From: Marsupella aquatica | Lineage: Eukaryota; Plantae; Marchantiophyta | Reading direction: 5' to 3' | Length of the DNA stretch: 64,000 nucleotides | Assembly (NCBI GenBank): GCA_973895155.1 | Contig: OZ316892.1 | Location: 29,952,932-30,016,931 of the forward strand | Notes under the pieces: model-generated | The model's input: the letters and a program-made list of their open reading frames with translations, nothing else | What the model was told of the DNA's origin: nothing | Database searches by the model: none | In this document: positions 13,090 to 25,923 of the stretch, in pieces | Position numbering within the stretch: position 1 is the first letter of the stretch | Layout of the letters: the number at the start of each line of letters is the position of its first letter | Made by a program: the position numbers and the translations under genes

Positions 13090-14746
13090 CTGTCTTGGAG
13101 GCTCTCCCTCTCAACTCGTCCTCGTAGGACCTTCATACCCTTTAGACATCTTTTTGTGATTTAATAAAAATTATGAACTATCTTTTGGTGCCATTTTGTG
13201 GATCGTCCAGATCTGCATTTTGAGCTATAGATCCACCCCTTTGGTGAACAAATGAGACAAAAATATGAACTATTTTTGGTGCCATTTTTACTGTAAAGTC
13301 AAGGTCTACATTTTTAGCGCTAAAGATCACCCTCATGAGGGTGCATTTTGAGTAGATCACCCACTATGGTGAACTAATGGGAGAACACAATGATAAAAAA
13401 TTCACAAAAACACCATCTGCTCATTGGCAGACACAATTGTAATGCATGTTAACTGAACAATACAGGCTATCAATTGTAGTGTATGCAAAATGAGAAGTAT
13501 TGGCTTATGTGAAATGAGTACACAGGCTACCAATGTCTTGGTGCTAGCACCAGTCAGTGGATTTTCACAGTTTCACTCCAGAACTTTGATCATATGGAAT
13601 CCACATTCAGATTTTTTTTGTTTCACCCACCTCTAGCTGCAAATGAGTCAAATGCGTTGGATCAATAATCTGCAGGTGGGCTCCACTAACTGTCTTCCTT
13701 GGACTACTTTGATCTTAGTCATGCCATTAACATAGCAGGTCGTTCGCCTAGCTTCCTCGGCTCTAATGGTCTGCCTTCGCTCAACTCAAAATCATAAGCC
13801 TGGACTAAACTGTTCTCAACATCTTTTACAAGAAATCCCTTTATCTTATACCAGTCCCATCTGTAGTTTGCAGCTCACAGAGTTACACTGGACAATCCTA
13901 TACAGATTGGTTACCAGCTCTCCTCACTTATCAGAATCTGCATTCAGCAACTCACTGCACTTGTCTATCCTTTTTCGGATACTCTGCATATCCTTGCCCC
14001 TACATCTCACTGCTCTCCAAGTTCGCTAACTCCATGTCCTTGACTAATTATACAATGCAAGTCTGAAACTAAGTATAATCGCTAACTAATTTCAGACCTA
14101 GTATCTAAACTAAACTTGGCGAGTCCACACCAAGAATAGCTATCAGGAGCACGCCTTTTCAAGGAAGAACTTGCCGCTCTCCATGTCCTTGACATTCTAG
14201 CTATGGCATTTGTGCACCCGGTGTAGGAATTGAGTTTCACATCATAGTCATCCTCTCAATTGACATCCTCAAACTCGATTCGATTCCTAAACTCGATTCC
14301 TGAAACTCATTCTGGAATACATATTGAAATCATTAGCACCGGCTCTACAACAGGTGGCCCTACCCACAGCTGACCGTACGAGGGAGCAAATGGCATCCCC
14401 AAGAAGCACTCTCGCTAAGATATCGTATGATCCGGATTACAAAAAATTGCAGTAGCTCACTGCAACACAAAAAGTCTTTGGGCATGGGAAAGGTTGTTAA
14501 CACTTGTGTTATTTCATTCCAATGCTGCATTTTCGTGTTGCGAACAGTAAGGATGGTTGCTAAGGCAATGAAAGAGTCCACCCCCGAAACGTGTACAAAA
14601 CTGGTGCGGATAAGATCTGTTGGTTTGAGAGCCTCGCTTCAACTTCACCAGAAGCTCCCAACCGTCATCTTCAGCGGTCAGTGCAGATAAAGGCTGCCTG
14701 GATGCGAGCTAACAGGTTGCCGACAATTCCTTCATTAAGATGGTCG

Positions 14747-17700
14747 TTATTGAAGGACAATATCTTCTGGACTGTAAAACTCAGCCACAATCCTGTAGAC
14801 ATATGACGGAGTGTGGCCTCCCCTGCAAGAGACAAAAGTTTCACCCCTTGTCAGTATCTCCATAACAAAAACTTCAGAAATGAAGTCATCCTCCCGCTAG
14901 ACAACATGCTCTGGACGGACTATAACAAAACAATAGGGATTAATGAACTGCACCCAGATATTTATACAAGCAAGCCTCTGAAACTCGGCACCGATTATTT
15001 TGTCAATGATAAAGTAAATCGTGAAGTTCATTTTGATCCTTTGTTTTCATTCATTTTGATACTCTGCTTAATATCCAACATACTCAGTGGAGAACCTATA
15101 CAAGGTACTCTAGATATGCTACACCAGTACAAATCAACCATCACGTTGAAACTAGATGTAGTTTATGAGGAATTCTAATAAAAACGATTACAGTTACAAC
15201 CTCTATTCAAGCCGGAATGAGAAAGGAAGGGAGACCCTTACGTATCAGTAATGAAAAGGCTCACAAGCTCTGGGGGTATATAGTCAAATGCCGGATTAAA
15301 TACATGTAGCTCTGGACCGCCGGCAACACCGCTTAGGCAATCAGAGAAGTCGCCAAAATCCATAATCTCCGATGGGGATCTCATATCGTTCAAAAGAGTA
15401 GAAGGATCGTGCGGATAAAGAGGGCACAACTGCACACAAAGGAAGCGCGTCCATTAAAAACTTTTACTGCCCTTGAATTTCATGAGGCATAGAGCCCATC
15501 ATAAGTTCAAAACACGGTGAAATGGAGCAGCCAATACTTTAACCAACATTTCCCTTTCCGCCTACATATATACATCAGAACAACGCCATCTTCATTAGCA
15601 AATCTAGAAAGTCAATCAGACTCAACTTTTACCTTATGAGCTCCAGTGAGCACGACGAAAGGTACTGCATGTCGTTTTGCTGCAAGTGCCACCATATGCA
15701 AACCAACTGGTGCCACAACACCCCCATTTGCCATCACTGCGTGTGCACCTACTATTACCTTCAATGTCCCCATACACTAAGTTCATTAGTTTTGTCGTTA
15801 TACCCATGAAACGATAACACCAACATATTTTGAAGCAAACTGCACCTTGTGATAAAGAAAGCGGGGACCCTTCCAGTGATAAAATCTCAGCACGTTTTGC
15901 CTAAACAAGCCAGACATACCATGTTCACTCTAGAAATCATTGCAAAAACTGCGGCATCAGTAATTAACGTCGTTTGAAGTTTTTCAGCAACAAGCTCTCT
16001 CGCGAGTTCATGGCCTTGAAATCTGCTCACAGAACATGAAAACATTGGTGCTTGCAAAGATGCGTAATAAACACCCTAATTGGTATCCTCGATGCTTCTG
16101 GCAGCCGGATGATAGCACAGGTGAAAACATAAATCGGCATATGGGCTAATTGGTAATCCTCCTGCTCATGGAAGTTGCTTTGAAACCATGACCTTGGATA
16201 TATTATGCTCTATTTAGAAAGTTATTCAAGAACGAACTGGACAGAACGCCTACCTCGGTGAACCTTCAGCAACTACAACTTGAAAGGATCTTTTCTTCTT
16301 GGCCCCGAGTAAAAAGTGTAGCAAAGTGCGTGACCGGCCCATTGTCAATATTACTTCACTGGACATGTACATGATCTCAGTTAGTAATCAATAATCGACG
16401 GCAGAGCAAAATAAAACCTAGGAAAGTCGCATGGTCGTCGTGAATGAAGATTTTACTGGTCTGGATACGAAATTCGGGTTGGTTCGACAAGAAGGTGAGC
16501 ATGTGATCCATACAGTTTTCGTGCTCTGAACCTTTATTTGACACCCCACATGAGCAGCAAGTAGAGACTTAACACTTTCTGAACACCTGAACAACAGGAA
16601 CGAAATGCAGAGTGTTGGAAATTACTTTTGGTGTATGTGCTCGAGAGCTTGCTCAGCAACTTCCGAGTGATAATCCGCAAGGCCCTCCAACAGTTCATTA
16701 ATGCTCTCAATCACATTATGCTTGAGATTCCAGGACCTGGAATTCTTATCAACAGCTGCAGAAGCCAAGTGCTGGAGATTTACTCATACACATGGTAGAA
16801 ATAATCAACGACGTGTCATGACTGGACCATTCATGCCATTGGATAGGGAAAAAACAGAACACAATATGCATGAGTGCTTTCATTACAAGTGGTGGCTGAG
16901 CATCCACAAACAATCATCCAACAACAGATACCAACTAGTTCAAACATTCCGGCATCTCCTCTGCCTGTCAGCGAGAAATGGAGAAGACTTACGTCTGCTT
17001 CTTACGTCTGAGTCGCCCACTGAAGCAGTACCATCAGCTCGGGCTGGATTCGGCATTGACTCCAGTAAATTGTGAAGTGATGGTGCCCTTAGTACACTTC
17101 GATTGGCTGCAGCGACAGCATGTGAGCTTTCTATACCTGGCAATGCTTTCTGCTCCCGACTGTCAGAGATGTCTTCATCGTCACTGGTAACGGGTGCGCT
17201 TACTCCAGCGACTGTAGTAGTACTGGCAAGTGATGCATCCTCCTCGCGGATGATGTGAAGGATGCGCCTAACGATATTTCCCACCGCGACCTCTGGAGAA
17301 AGGAGAACACCAATAAGGAATAAATCTGAGGTAAAATTATTGTTGGTGCCAGTACTCCAGAAAAACAGCAATCACGAGAGTTCTTTAGCCTCCGCTAAAG
17401 GCCGGACAGAACCCCAGAAGTATCATCCGGTAGATTACATCAAAGAGTGCAAGCAGTTCATTGCACGATGTAGCGAATTGCGACGATCAAAATATCAAAA
17501 TGAGGGCCATCACTACCAACGTATCACCTCACGGTGAGAAGTGAATTAAAGTGCTAGGAATTCTCGCATAAACCCTAATTTTACACAATGACGCAGATAT
17601 CAGAACTGACCTATGGGATTGGCTGCAATCAAGCGCACCCCGACTGACTTGACGGCATCGATGAGAATAGCTGCTGACTGAGCTGATGGTGGTATCCGCT

Positions 17701-18215
17701 GATGAGAGATAACTTGGCGCAGCAGCTTTGCTGTAAGCTTAGCAGTGTCGAGTGAACCCTCAACCTGTCTGAACTCCAATTGAGCAGGACAACAATTCAA
17801 TCACTGAGTCTCCAGATATTCGTTCACTCTCTACTTATTCATTCATTCAATTCAGTTCAATTCAACTCGATCGCACACTTGTCCTCAACTCTATATCAGC
17901 TGCTACTTGTTTCATGCCATCGCGGGTCGGACCCAATGGTATCCGAAATCGAAGCTAAGGAAGTCAGTCCCAGAGCAGCCCGCTGAACAATTTCCACCGA
18001 CTCAAATAAACCACAATTCACGTCCCCCAAGTAGTTGGTCCACATAAATGCGAGCATTCATGCGCACAAATTCGGCCGACTCAAGCAGAAGACAATTCTA
18101 CGTCCAAAAGTAGCTCGTTCAAAAGACTGAGAAGAAAAACGATGCCAAACCTCCGATTGAGCTTGGTGATAATATCTTCCACGAGAGCATTCACGTCCGG
18201 CATCGTGCCCACCAT
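14747..18215 (-). CDS. EIF2B2: Translation initiation factor eIF-2B subunit beta, 9 exons (start at 18215 or 18203)
   Basis: Exons ~18215-18151, 17768-17611, 17292-16993, 16756-16627, 16358-16254, 16022-15920, 15758-15633, 15429-15242, 14822-14747. Motifs [103 protein letters not shown]. Confidence 0.95.
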
Positions 18216-20066
18216 CTCCTTCCGTTCTGCCCTCCTGCCCTCCTCCTCCTCCGCCACAGCAGAGACCTCCTCCCTCGCCAGCGTTCTTCTCGTCTTCTCC
18301 CCCTCCACTCCCTCTTGCCCTAATTTCTTTTCGATTCCCTCGCTCTCTTTCGCTTTCCGAATCTCCCCCACCAAATCAAATCCCGTGTCGGTCAGTCCGT
18401 TCCGCTCAGTGGATCTCGTTTGTCTCTATCGCTTTCTCTCTCTCTCTAGCTCTCTACGCCAAAGCGATAGCTCACCCTCGCTCGCTCGATCAGCCGCGAC
18501 TGCATGCGTCTTTGTTGTCTACACTACACTACACTACACTACTTTAGACCACTACGATGGTGTGTGTCGTTGATTGATTGACTCTTGCGGAGTGTCTGAT
18601 GATGTAAGAACGAAATGGGTGAAGATGACGATTGTACCGAATTGGACACACATTTTCCGGCGTTTTCCCGCACGCCCGCATTTCTCGTATGCTTTATTTT
18701 GGCCAGGATAATGTTTTACGGTCTACGGTCTCGTCCCCTTGCCGCAAGTGCAGGCTGGGTAACCGCCGTAGCCGGTAGCCAAACCCGGGTCCTGCAGGTT
18801 TCTCGAGTGCTGGTCACCGGGGCACCGGGAGAGGCCGCCGCCGTCACCGGAGATTGCGTCATGGTGTTATTTGCGTCATGACTGTATCCTTGGATGGAAA
18901 TCTGGACAGACTGTGCAGTAGATAAGAATGATTTTATGTAAGAGTTACTTACTTTACAGGCCTACAGGGCATCCCTGACTTTTTTTCAGCTAGTAAATTT
19001 GGAGGGCCAGTCTAGACTAGAGACCAAAAATATATCACCTAAATATATATAGACTAGAGACAAAGACGGCCCCCGGGAAACAAACACATGAGAGGAGGCC
19101 CCTTCTTTTGAAAGGGACTCCATGGCCTTCCACATTCTCTGCAACCCAGCCCCTTTAATTAACCCCCACAATGTTCAACACTCAACTAGCCTAGTACCTT
19201 GCAGCCTTGTTGCATCTTCAAGCCTGTTTTTTTAAGGGGTTTTTTTTTCAAAAGAAGGAATGTGACCTGGTACACACATTGAAAAAGAAGATTCTAGGAA
19301 TAGTCTTTATATAATTTCCTTAGATTAATATGTGACCATCAAATCTCCCTAGATTTAAGGAGAACACTCAGATTCTGACAAATGGAGTCTGTGGCTACGT
19401 GAGAAAGTAAACCAAATATGGCTCACAAATTGTTAGTGGGGTTGTTGTAGCGCCCCAACCTGGGGTCCCACTACTCACCTTCTCCCCTAGTAGCCCTCGT
19501 GTGCACTTTATAATGTAGTCACTTTATAATGTAGTGCAAGCTGTGGTTTAAGCAATCCACTTGAGCATTTACTTGGGACTTATTACATGTAGACACCATA
19601 CTTGTAGGAACCCCAAGTTCTTGTAAAGCTAGCTCCATCCATTGCCATTTATTTATCCAATCCAGATGTAATCTCAAGGGAACAAAATGAAAATTTGCCC
19701 CATATATTATCTTTGATGCCACCCCAGTCAACTGCCACATGAAGGCTTTTGGGTAATGGGCACCCATTAGCACTCCAGCACCCTCCCCCTGTACCCTGCC
19801 CATGGATGGAAGAACTTACCTTGCTCTCTCAGTCAAATCTCCTACAGTGGACGACCCAGCTCATGCATTTCCTAAGAGCATCCCTTCCGATCGCGTAAAG
19901 GCGGACGGAGGCAGCATGCTCCTGTACAGCATAGCACTGTACAGAAAGAACAGTGGTAGGCTGGCCATGGTTAGGTCAGCTCGGTCAGATTCCGGTCCTT
20001 CTCGGGAGTCGGGACCCAGGGTTTAGGCTGCTTCCTGTGTACCCGCGCTCTCTCGTCTCTCTGACG

Positions 20067-20320
20067 AAAGGAAAGGAAACGAAAGGAAAGGAAAGGAAAC
20101 GAAAGGAAACGAAAGGAAACGGAAGGAACGGAAGGAACCGACGAAAGGAAAGGGAAGGAACGGAAGGAACTGACGAAAGGAAAGGAGAGGAGAGGAGAGG
20201 AGAGGAGAAATGAGCGAAGATGTTGGGCGATCTGCATGAGCGGCGAATGGATCGGCGAAAGAGCTGTGTCGCGTTTCGAAAACGAGCGGGGAAGGGGCCG
20301 AGAGAGAGAGAGAGAGGGGA
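20067..20320. repeat. Purine-rich microsatellites (GGAAA/GGAAC/GGAGA)n and (GA)n upstream of SiR
   Basis: Read directly at 20067-20208 and ~20300-20320. Confidence 0.9.
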
Positions 20321-20558
20321 GGAATTTTGTCTGAGTCCGAGGTAGGACGACAAATTGGGAGACTCAGTGGCCGTTTTAGCTGCCCACAGTAGTAGTAGAG
20401 TCGCTCTATCGGTTCGTTCAGGGGCTTCGATCTATCCACCTGCTCTGGACTCGCTGTGGACGGAGGAGGGGATTCATTGAAAGAGTGGGCAATTGGAAAT
20501 CGGCGGATTGATTGATTGATTGATTAGTGCGGTTCGCCAGTTCGTTGGCGTTGTCGAC

Positions 20559-23500
20559 ATGGCGCTCTCGTCGTCCTCGTCGTCGGTTTTCGGGTCCTTG
20601 GCCGGGCTGGTTCATTCGGCTTCCTCGATCTCTAGGAATGTGGATTGCGGTGTGCCGTCGGAGAGCCAACAGCCGGGGTTTAGAGGCCACCAGCTGCGGA
20701 TTGCTTGTGTTGGATCGGTGAGAATTCGCGAGCGACATGCCTCGTCTTCTCTTTGTTTGCAGTGATGGGCTCCAGGGTGATGGATTCAATTCTTTGCACG
20801 GTTATTGTCCTAAACAAGTGTTAGCCGCAGTTCTTTGGTTCTGGTCAAACGGTCAGCTATGATGTCTTGCTCCTTCACTTTGTTAAAAAGGAATCCACCT
20901 CTCGAGTTTGCTGCTGTGCTGGGCTGAGAGAGAATTGAAGTCCGCATACGTGTTAATACTCTCTAAACCCTCACGGGAAGTTTACACGGACTTGAGTCAA
21001 TGAATCTCCACACAGTCAAGAATGAATGAATGAATGAAGCACATGCACTCCTTGCCGGTACCATGTGGACATGCATTGCGGTCCTGAGCTGGGGGCTTTG
21101 GGGTTTGCGAAGGATAGAATTCTCTCTGCTCCTCCTTTCGGATTGCACTTGGCTTCGTAATCCTGAGTCTAAATTGTTGCAAAAATGGAAGGAATCTAGA
21201 GGATCATTTTTTATGTTGGGCTCGCATTGATTCTGCGAACTGCAACTGAGTGCTCTTAAGGAATCTAAAGGGTGTCTCTTGATGTGTGGTTTGCAATTAC
21301 TATGGGAGCAGCAAGTGAAGCCGGCGCCGCCGACACCTGTGAAGCGAAGTAAGGTGGAGATTATCAAGGAGAATAGCAACTATCTGCGGTTCCCACTAAC
21401 GGAAGATCTGCTAACCGAGGCTCCCAATGTGAGCGAGTCCTCTACGCAGCTGATAAAGTTCCATGGGAGTTACCAGCAGTACGACCGGGAGTTCAAGGGT
21501 GGTAGGAAGTATTCGTTCATGCTGAGGACGAAGCAGCCTGCTGGGAAAGTCAGCAATGCCTTGTACCTGACCATGGATTCCTTGGCTGATACTTTCGGGA
21601 TTGGGAGCCTTCGGTTGACCACTCGCCAGACATTTCAACTCCATGGGGTTCTGAAGCATGACCTGAAGTCAGTCATGAGCAGTATCATCAATGACATGGG
21701 TTCAACTTTGGGTGCTTGTGGAGATGTGAATCGGAACGTTTTGGCACCCCCAGCACCTTTCGCAGATAGGAAAGACTATCTCGTTGCCCAGGAGACAGCT
21801 GAGAAGCTCGCTGCTCTGCTAACTCCACAAGCTGGGGCATACTATGATGTATGGATCAATGGTGAGAAGGTTGCGACTGCTGAGCCACCAGATGTCACTA
21901 AAGCTCGCATGACCAATATAAATGGGAGCAATTTTGAAGACTCGCCGGAACCCATTTATGGGCACTTGTTTCTTCCCAGGAAATTTAAAATTGCAGTCAC
22001 AGTGCCAGGTGACAATTCAGTCGACATTTTCGCCAACGATATCGGAATCGTCACCATATTTGATGCCGAAGGAGAGTTGGAAGGATACAATCTTTTTGTA
22101 AGTGTCTTTCTACACTGGTTTCTTGGCTAAGGTCGCGGCCCTCTCCCCCACCCGTAACCCCGTCCACCCTCTACGCAAAGTCGTATGTCGATCGATTGAT
22201 GGGTCGGGCAGGGGAGCTTATCTAAGCTTTCAGCTTACAAGGCTGGCTTCTAATTCTTTTGTCGTGTTCTTCCTTTTGGTTGAATTTAGGTTGGAGGAGG
22301 AATGGGTCGGACCCATCGCAATGAGAATACTTTCCCTAGATTGGCTGAGCCATTAGGGTATGTGCCAAAAGAGGATATATTGTATGCAGTTAAGGCCATT
22401 GTTGCAACCCAGCGTGATTATGGTCGACGAGACGACAGAAAGTACTCACGACTGAAGTATCTCATTGATGACTGGGGAATTGAGAAGTTTCGGCTAGTCA
22501 CAGAGCAATATTTTGGAAAGACATTTCACAAAATGAGGGAGCTGCCACCGTGGAAATTCGAAAGCTATCTTGGATGGCACGAGCAGGTCAGTTCACATCT
22601 CCCACTTGATTTGATGTTCACTGTGATTGGTTTCTGTACCCAGGTGGTGATAGACGAGTAGGATGAACTCACGCCACTGCAGGCTGGTCGTTCGGGGCTA
22701 TTTGAAGTTGATTGAGGGTGTGAAGTTAATTAGTACTGGCTTTTGAAAGTTTTATTTCATTTTTGTGTCTGATCTTCACCTGAAACCACTGTCCCTGTCC
22801 TTAATTGATAGTTGCGACCTTTTCGTTTTCGCACTCTTGGACTTCGTGGGAATTTTGGTACTGTCAACGGGCTCTCTTGTCAAATGAAGAGTCTAAGTTT
22901 TTCCCTTGGTCTTTCTTGTTTGACATGGCACCAGTTGCTTGTGATCCCTGCCTGGACACGTCTTGATGCATTGCTCATTTATGCAGGGAGACGGTCGTTT
23001 GTTTTATGGAGTGCACATTGAAAATGGACGAGTAACTGGCGATTTGAAGAAGGCTCTCAGAGAAGTGATTGAAAATTATAACCTAAGTGTTCGACTTACT
23101 GCAAATCAGAATATTGTGTTGTGTGACGTAAAACCATCTTGGAAGGCAAAGATCAACAAAACTCTCAGTGCAGTTGGGGTCCAGGTGAGAGTCAGTTATT
23201 CTAAACTGTGAGGTTCAGTTCCTCTGGCTCCGTGTAGAAGAGTTCTGAACGCACTTAGTCGTTTTTCTTGTTGCATTAGTTTGCTTATTGTTGCCTGGTT
23301 GGACTGTACATTATTGCTATCGAAACAGGGTTGGTTTGTATGAGAGAAGATGGCAAGGAAGGTAATTTAAGATAGCATGCTATGGTTACTAGTCAGCATA
23401 GAGGAGAGTGTGATTTGTGTCACTAAAACATATCTTCCTTGTCACGCCGTGATAGTGGCTGCTTCAGGTTTTCTGATCGCAACTTAATTTTGCAGCTTCC

Positions 23501-24489
23501 AAAGTCGATAGATCCACTGAACATCACAGCACTAGCCTGCCCTGCCTTTCCTCTTTGTCCCCTGGCTATTACCGAGGCTGAGCGTGGAGCACCTGATATG
23601 CTTCGAAGGATTCGAGCAACTTTGAAGAAGGTTTGTTTATTAAGTTACTGTTACTGCTGCCAAATGGTATTACGATATACTCTAGTGGGCAGACCTTGCC
23701 ATGTTTGGAGTTAATTTCTGCTGCACAGCTGTAGTTCGAGTCCAAGTAACTGTTGTTAATCAACTAATAATGTGTTCTTTGTGTCAGGTCGGACTACCTC
23801 CTTCTACATCCCTGGTGGTGAGATTTACTGGGTGTCCAAACGGCTGTACTCGTCCCTACATGGCAGAGCTGGGAGTGGTGGGTGATGGACCCAACAGTTA
23901 TCAGGTAAACATCCAAATGTCATTTGATTGGACTAGAGATCAGCCGTTGAATTAAAACCATTGATTCTTAACCAGAGGATTCTTATCTTGTTTTCTGTGT
24001 AAACATACAGCTTTGGTTGGGGGGCTCTACGAACCAGACAAGGTTAGCTCAAACGTTTCAGGAGAAAGTAAAAGTACAGGATCTGGAGAAAGCGCTCGAG
24101 CCCCTTTTTTACTTCTGGAAGACTGATCGCGAGACTGATGATGAATCTTTTGGGGACTTCACTCAGCGCGTGGTATGGGAATATTTCCTTAAATGACAGG
24201 TCAATTAATTGCCTCCTGAATACTAGGTCATCTTGATAGAGTTCTTTGCACAAATTTGATATATCTCTGTGCTGGATTCTGTGTTTTCCTGCAGGGTTTT
24301 CCGGCGTTGAGGAGCTACATAGATTCATTTGATGGGGTCCCTAGTAAGAAACGTGCCGGACCAAGAATCATAAATGTGAATAAGGATATCTATGCTGCTT
24401 TAGACAAGCTTGCTGATGAGCAACAAAGCACTGTCAGCGTTGTGGCCTCAAAGATTATTGAAGACTATATCAGCTCTTCATCCCAATAG
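20559..24489 (+). CDS. SiR: Ferredoxin-dependent sulfite reductase, plastid, 8 exons
   Basis: Exons 20559-20717, 21312-22097, 22290-22586, 22987-23184, 23496-23630, 23788-23904, 24011-24172, 24295-24489. Motifs [55 protein letters not shown], siroheme/[4Fe-4S] ligands ACPAFPLC and TGCPNGC. Ser-rich transit peptide. Confidence 0.97.
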
Positions 24490-25923
24490 TATTCATCTGT
24501 ATCATAGACTTTGAGGCGGAGTAATGTCAGACGTTGGAGTACTATGGTCGGGTCTCGGCAATGCGCAGGCTTGTACGCTGTTAACGTAGAGGTGGAATGG
24601 TTTTCACTGTTGGACGTTATTCTCTAAGGCTCCGGCAAGAAATTTTGGTGCACGAAAGAGTGGGGTTGTGGTTCGTACCCAATCGAGCGTTGTAATTCAT
24701 TCATTTAAGTGAAATGCTATTTTCCAAACCGAAGTGTAGGAAGAAATATTGAGAAGACCGTTGGGGAGATTTTTGCTTGATCCAGATTCCCATAGATCTG
24801 GAGTCTATTGCGTCATGGGGTCCGAAAGTCATGGATCTGGTCCTCATCGATAATCTAGAAATTGAAGTGCTTAGGGAAAGCCCTTACATCACGGTTCGAT
24901 GCAATACCTTGTCAGCCAGATGATCATATCGTTTCTGGAGGCAAGAGCCACTCATTATCTAACAAAAGTACTAGCGCCATGTTTCGTTTGTTCTGGATTT
25001 GTCGAGAAGTCCGCTTCATGGGCATGTGGGCTACCGTTCTATGATATGTGACTACCTCCGCATAATTATGACGATGGAAAATTGACGCAGTGTTAGCTAG
25101 TTGAACCAACCCGAAGAACATGGACGAAGCTGATGATAATAGATGAGAAAATACTACCAATCAAATTGTTTTTATATCACTAAGCACTGGTCGAGTCAAC
25201 ACTCTTTGCTAGACAAAGACGATACAAACCTAGTATTGATGGATAAGTACGTTACAGGGGACGATACCTGTCCTCTTTCCTCCTAAATACGATTTCATTC
25301 GTCTTTTCTCTAATTAAAACTTCAGGTTGCCCTGTTCGTATTATTGTGAGTGGCTCGCGCTAATCAATCGATACTGCTAGCTATATGAAATTTAATTTGA
25401 GGCGGCATTACTCTGTCGTGAACTTCTCTGCTAGGCGGTGCTTCAAACGGTCATTGGCCTGTTCGTATTCATTTACCCTTCATCGCTTCCACTCCTAGGC
25501 CCCTTGGCTTGGTATTCATCCTATAAGGGTTGAGTTGTCAATTCTCCTGTGAGCATTGAATGGTGTGTACTTCTAGACCTCCAGCCTGCCCTTGGTGGAA
25601 TAAATTGTTGGCGACGACACAATACTACTGTACCTGTCTCCCAAAGGCATGGCACACGACCGTTCAAGAGCTAACGACCCATTGCCAGAAAGCTCTGTAG
25701 TAATGTACTCAGATGCGAGCATCCAGCACACCCAAATCGAATTTTTAAACCTTCTCTAATGGTGACCGATTTAAACTTTGCTACTCAAAGGTCTCCCTCC
25801 CTTTACCTAGTCCTCAATTAAATACACTGTACATGACTGCTGGTAAAAATACACATGGCCCTTGGTATTCAATCACCAACCACTTACATAATGATCCCAG
25901 ACATCCCTATCAGGTCATCCCAA

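Noticed and set aside
18142-18573. 143-aa Ser-rich plus-strand ORF
   Set aside because: Antisense to the eIF2B beta first exon and 5' UTR; low-complexity CT-rich sequence
19953-20439. Several 86-138-aa ORFs on both strands
   Set aside because: Products of the stop-free purine microsatellite
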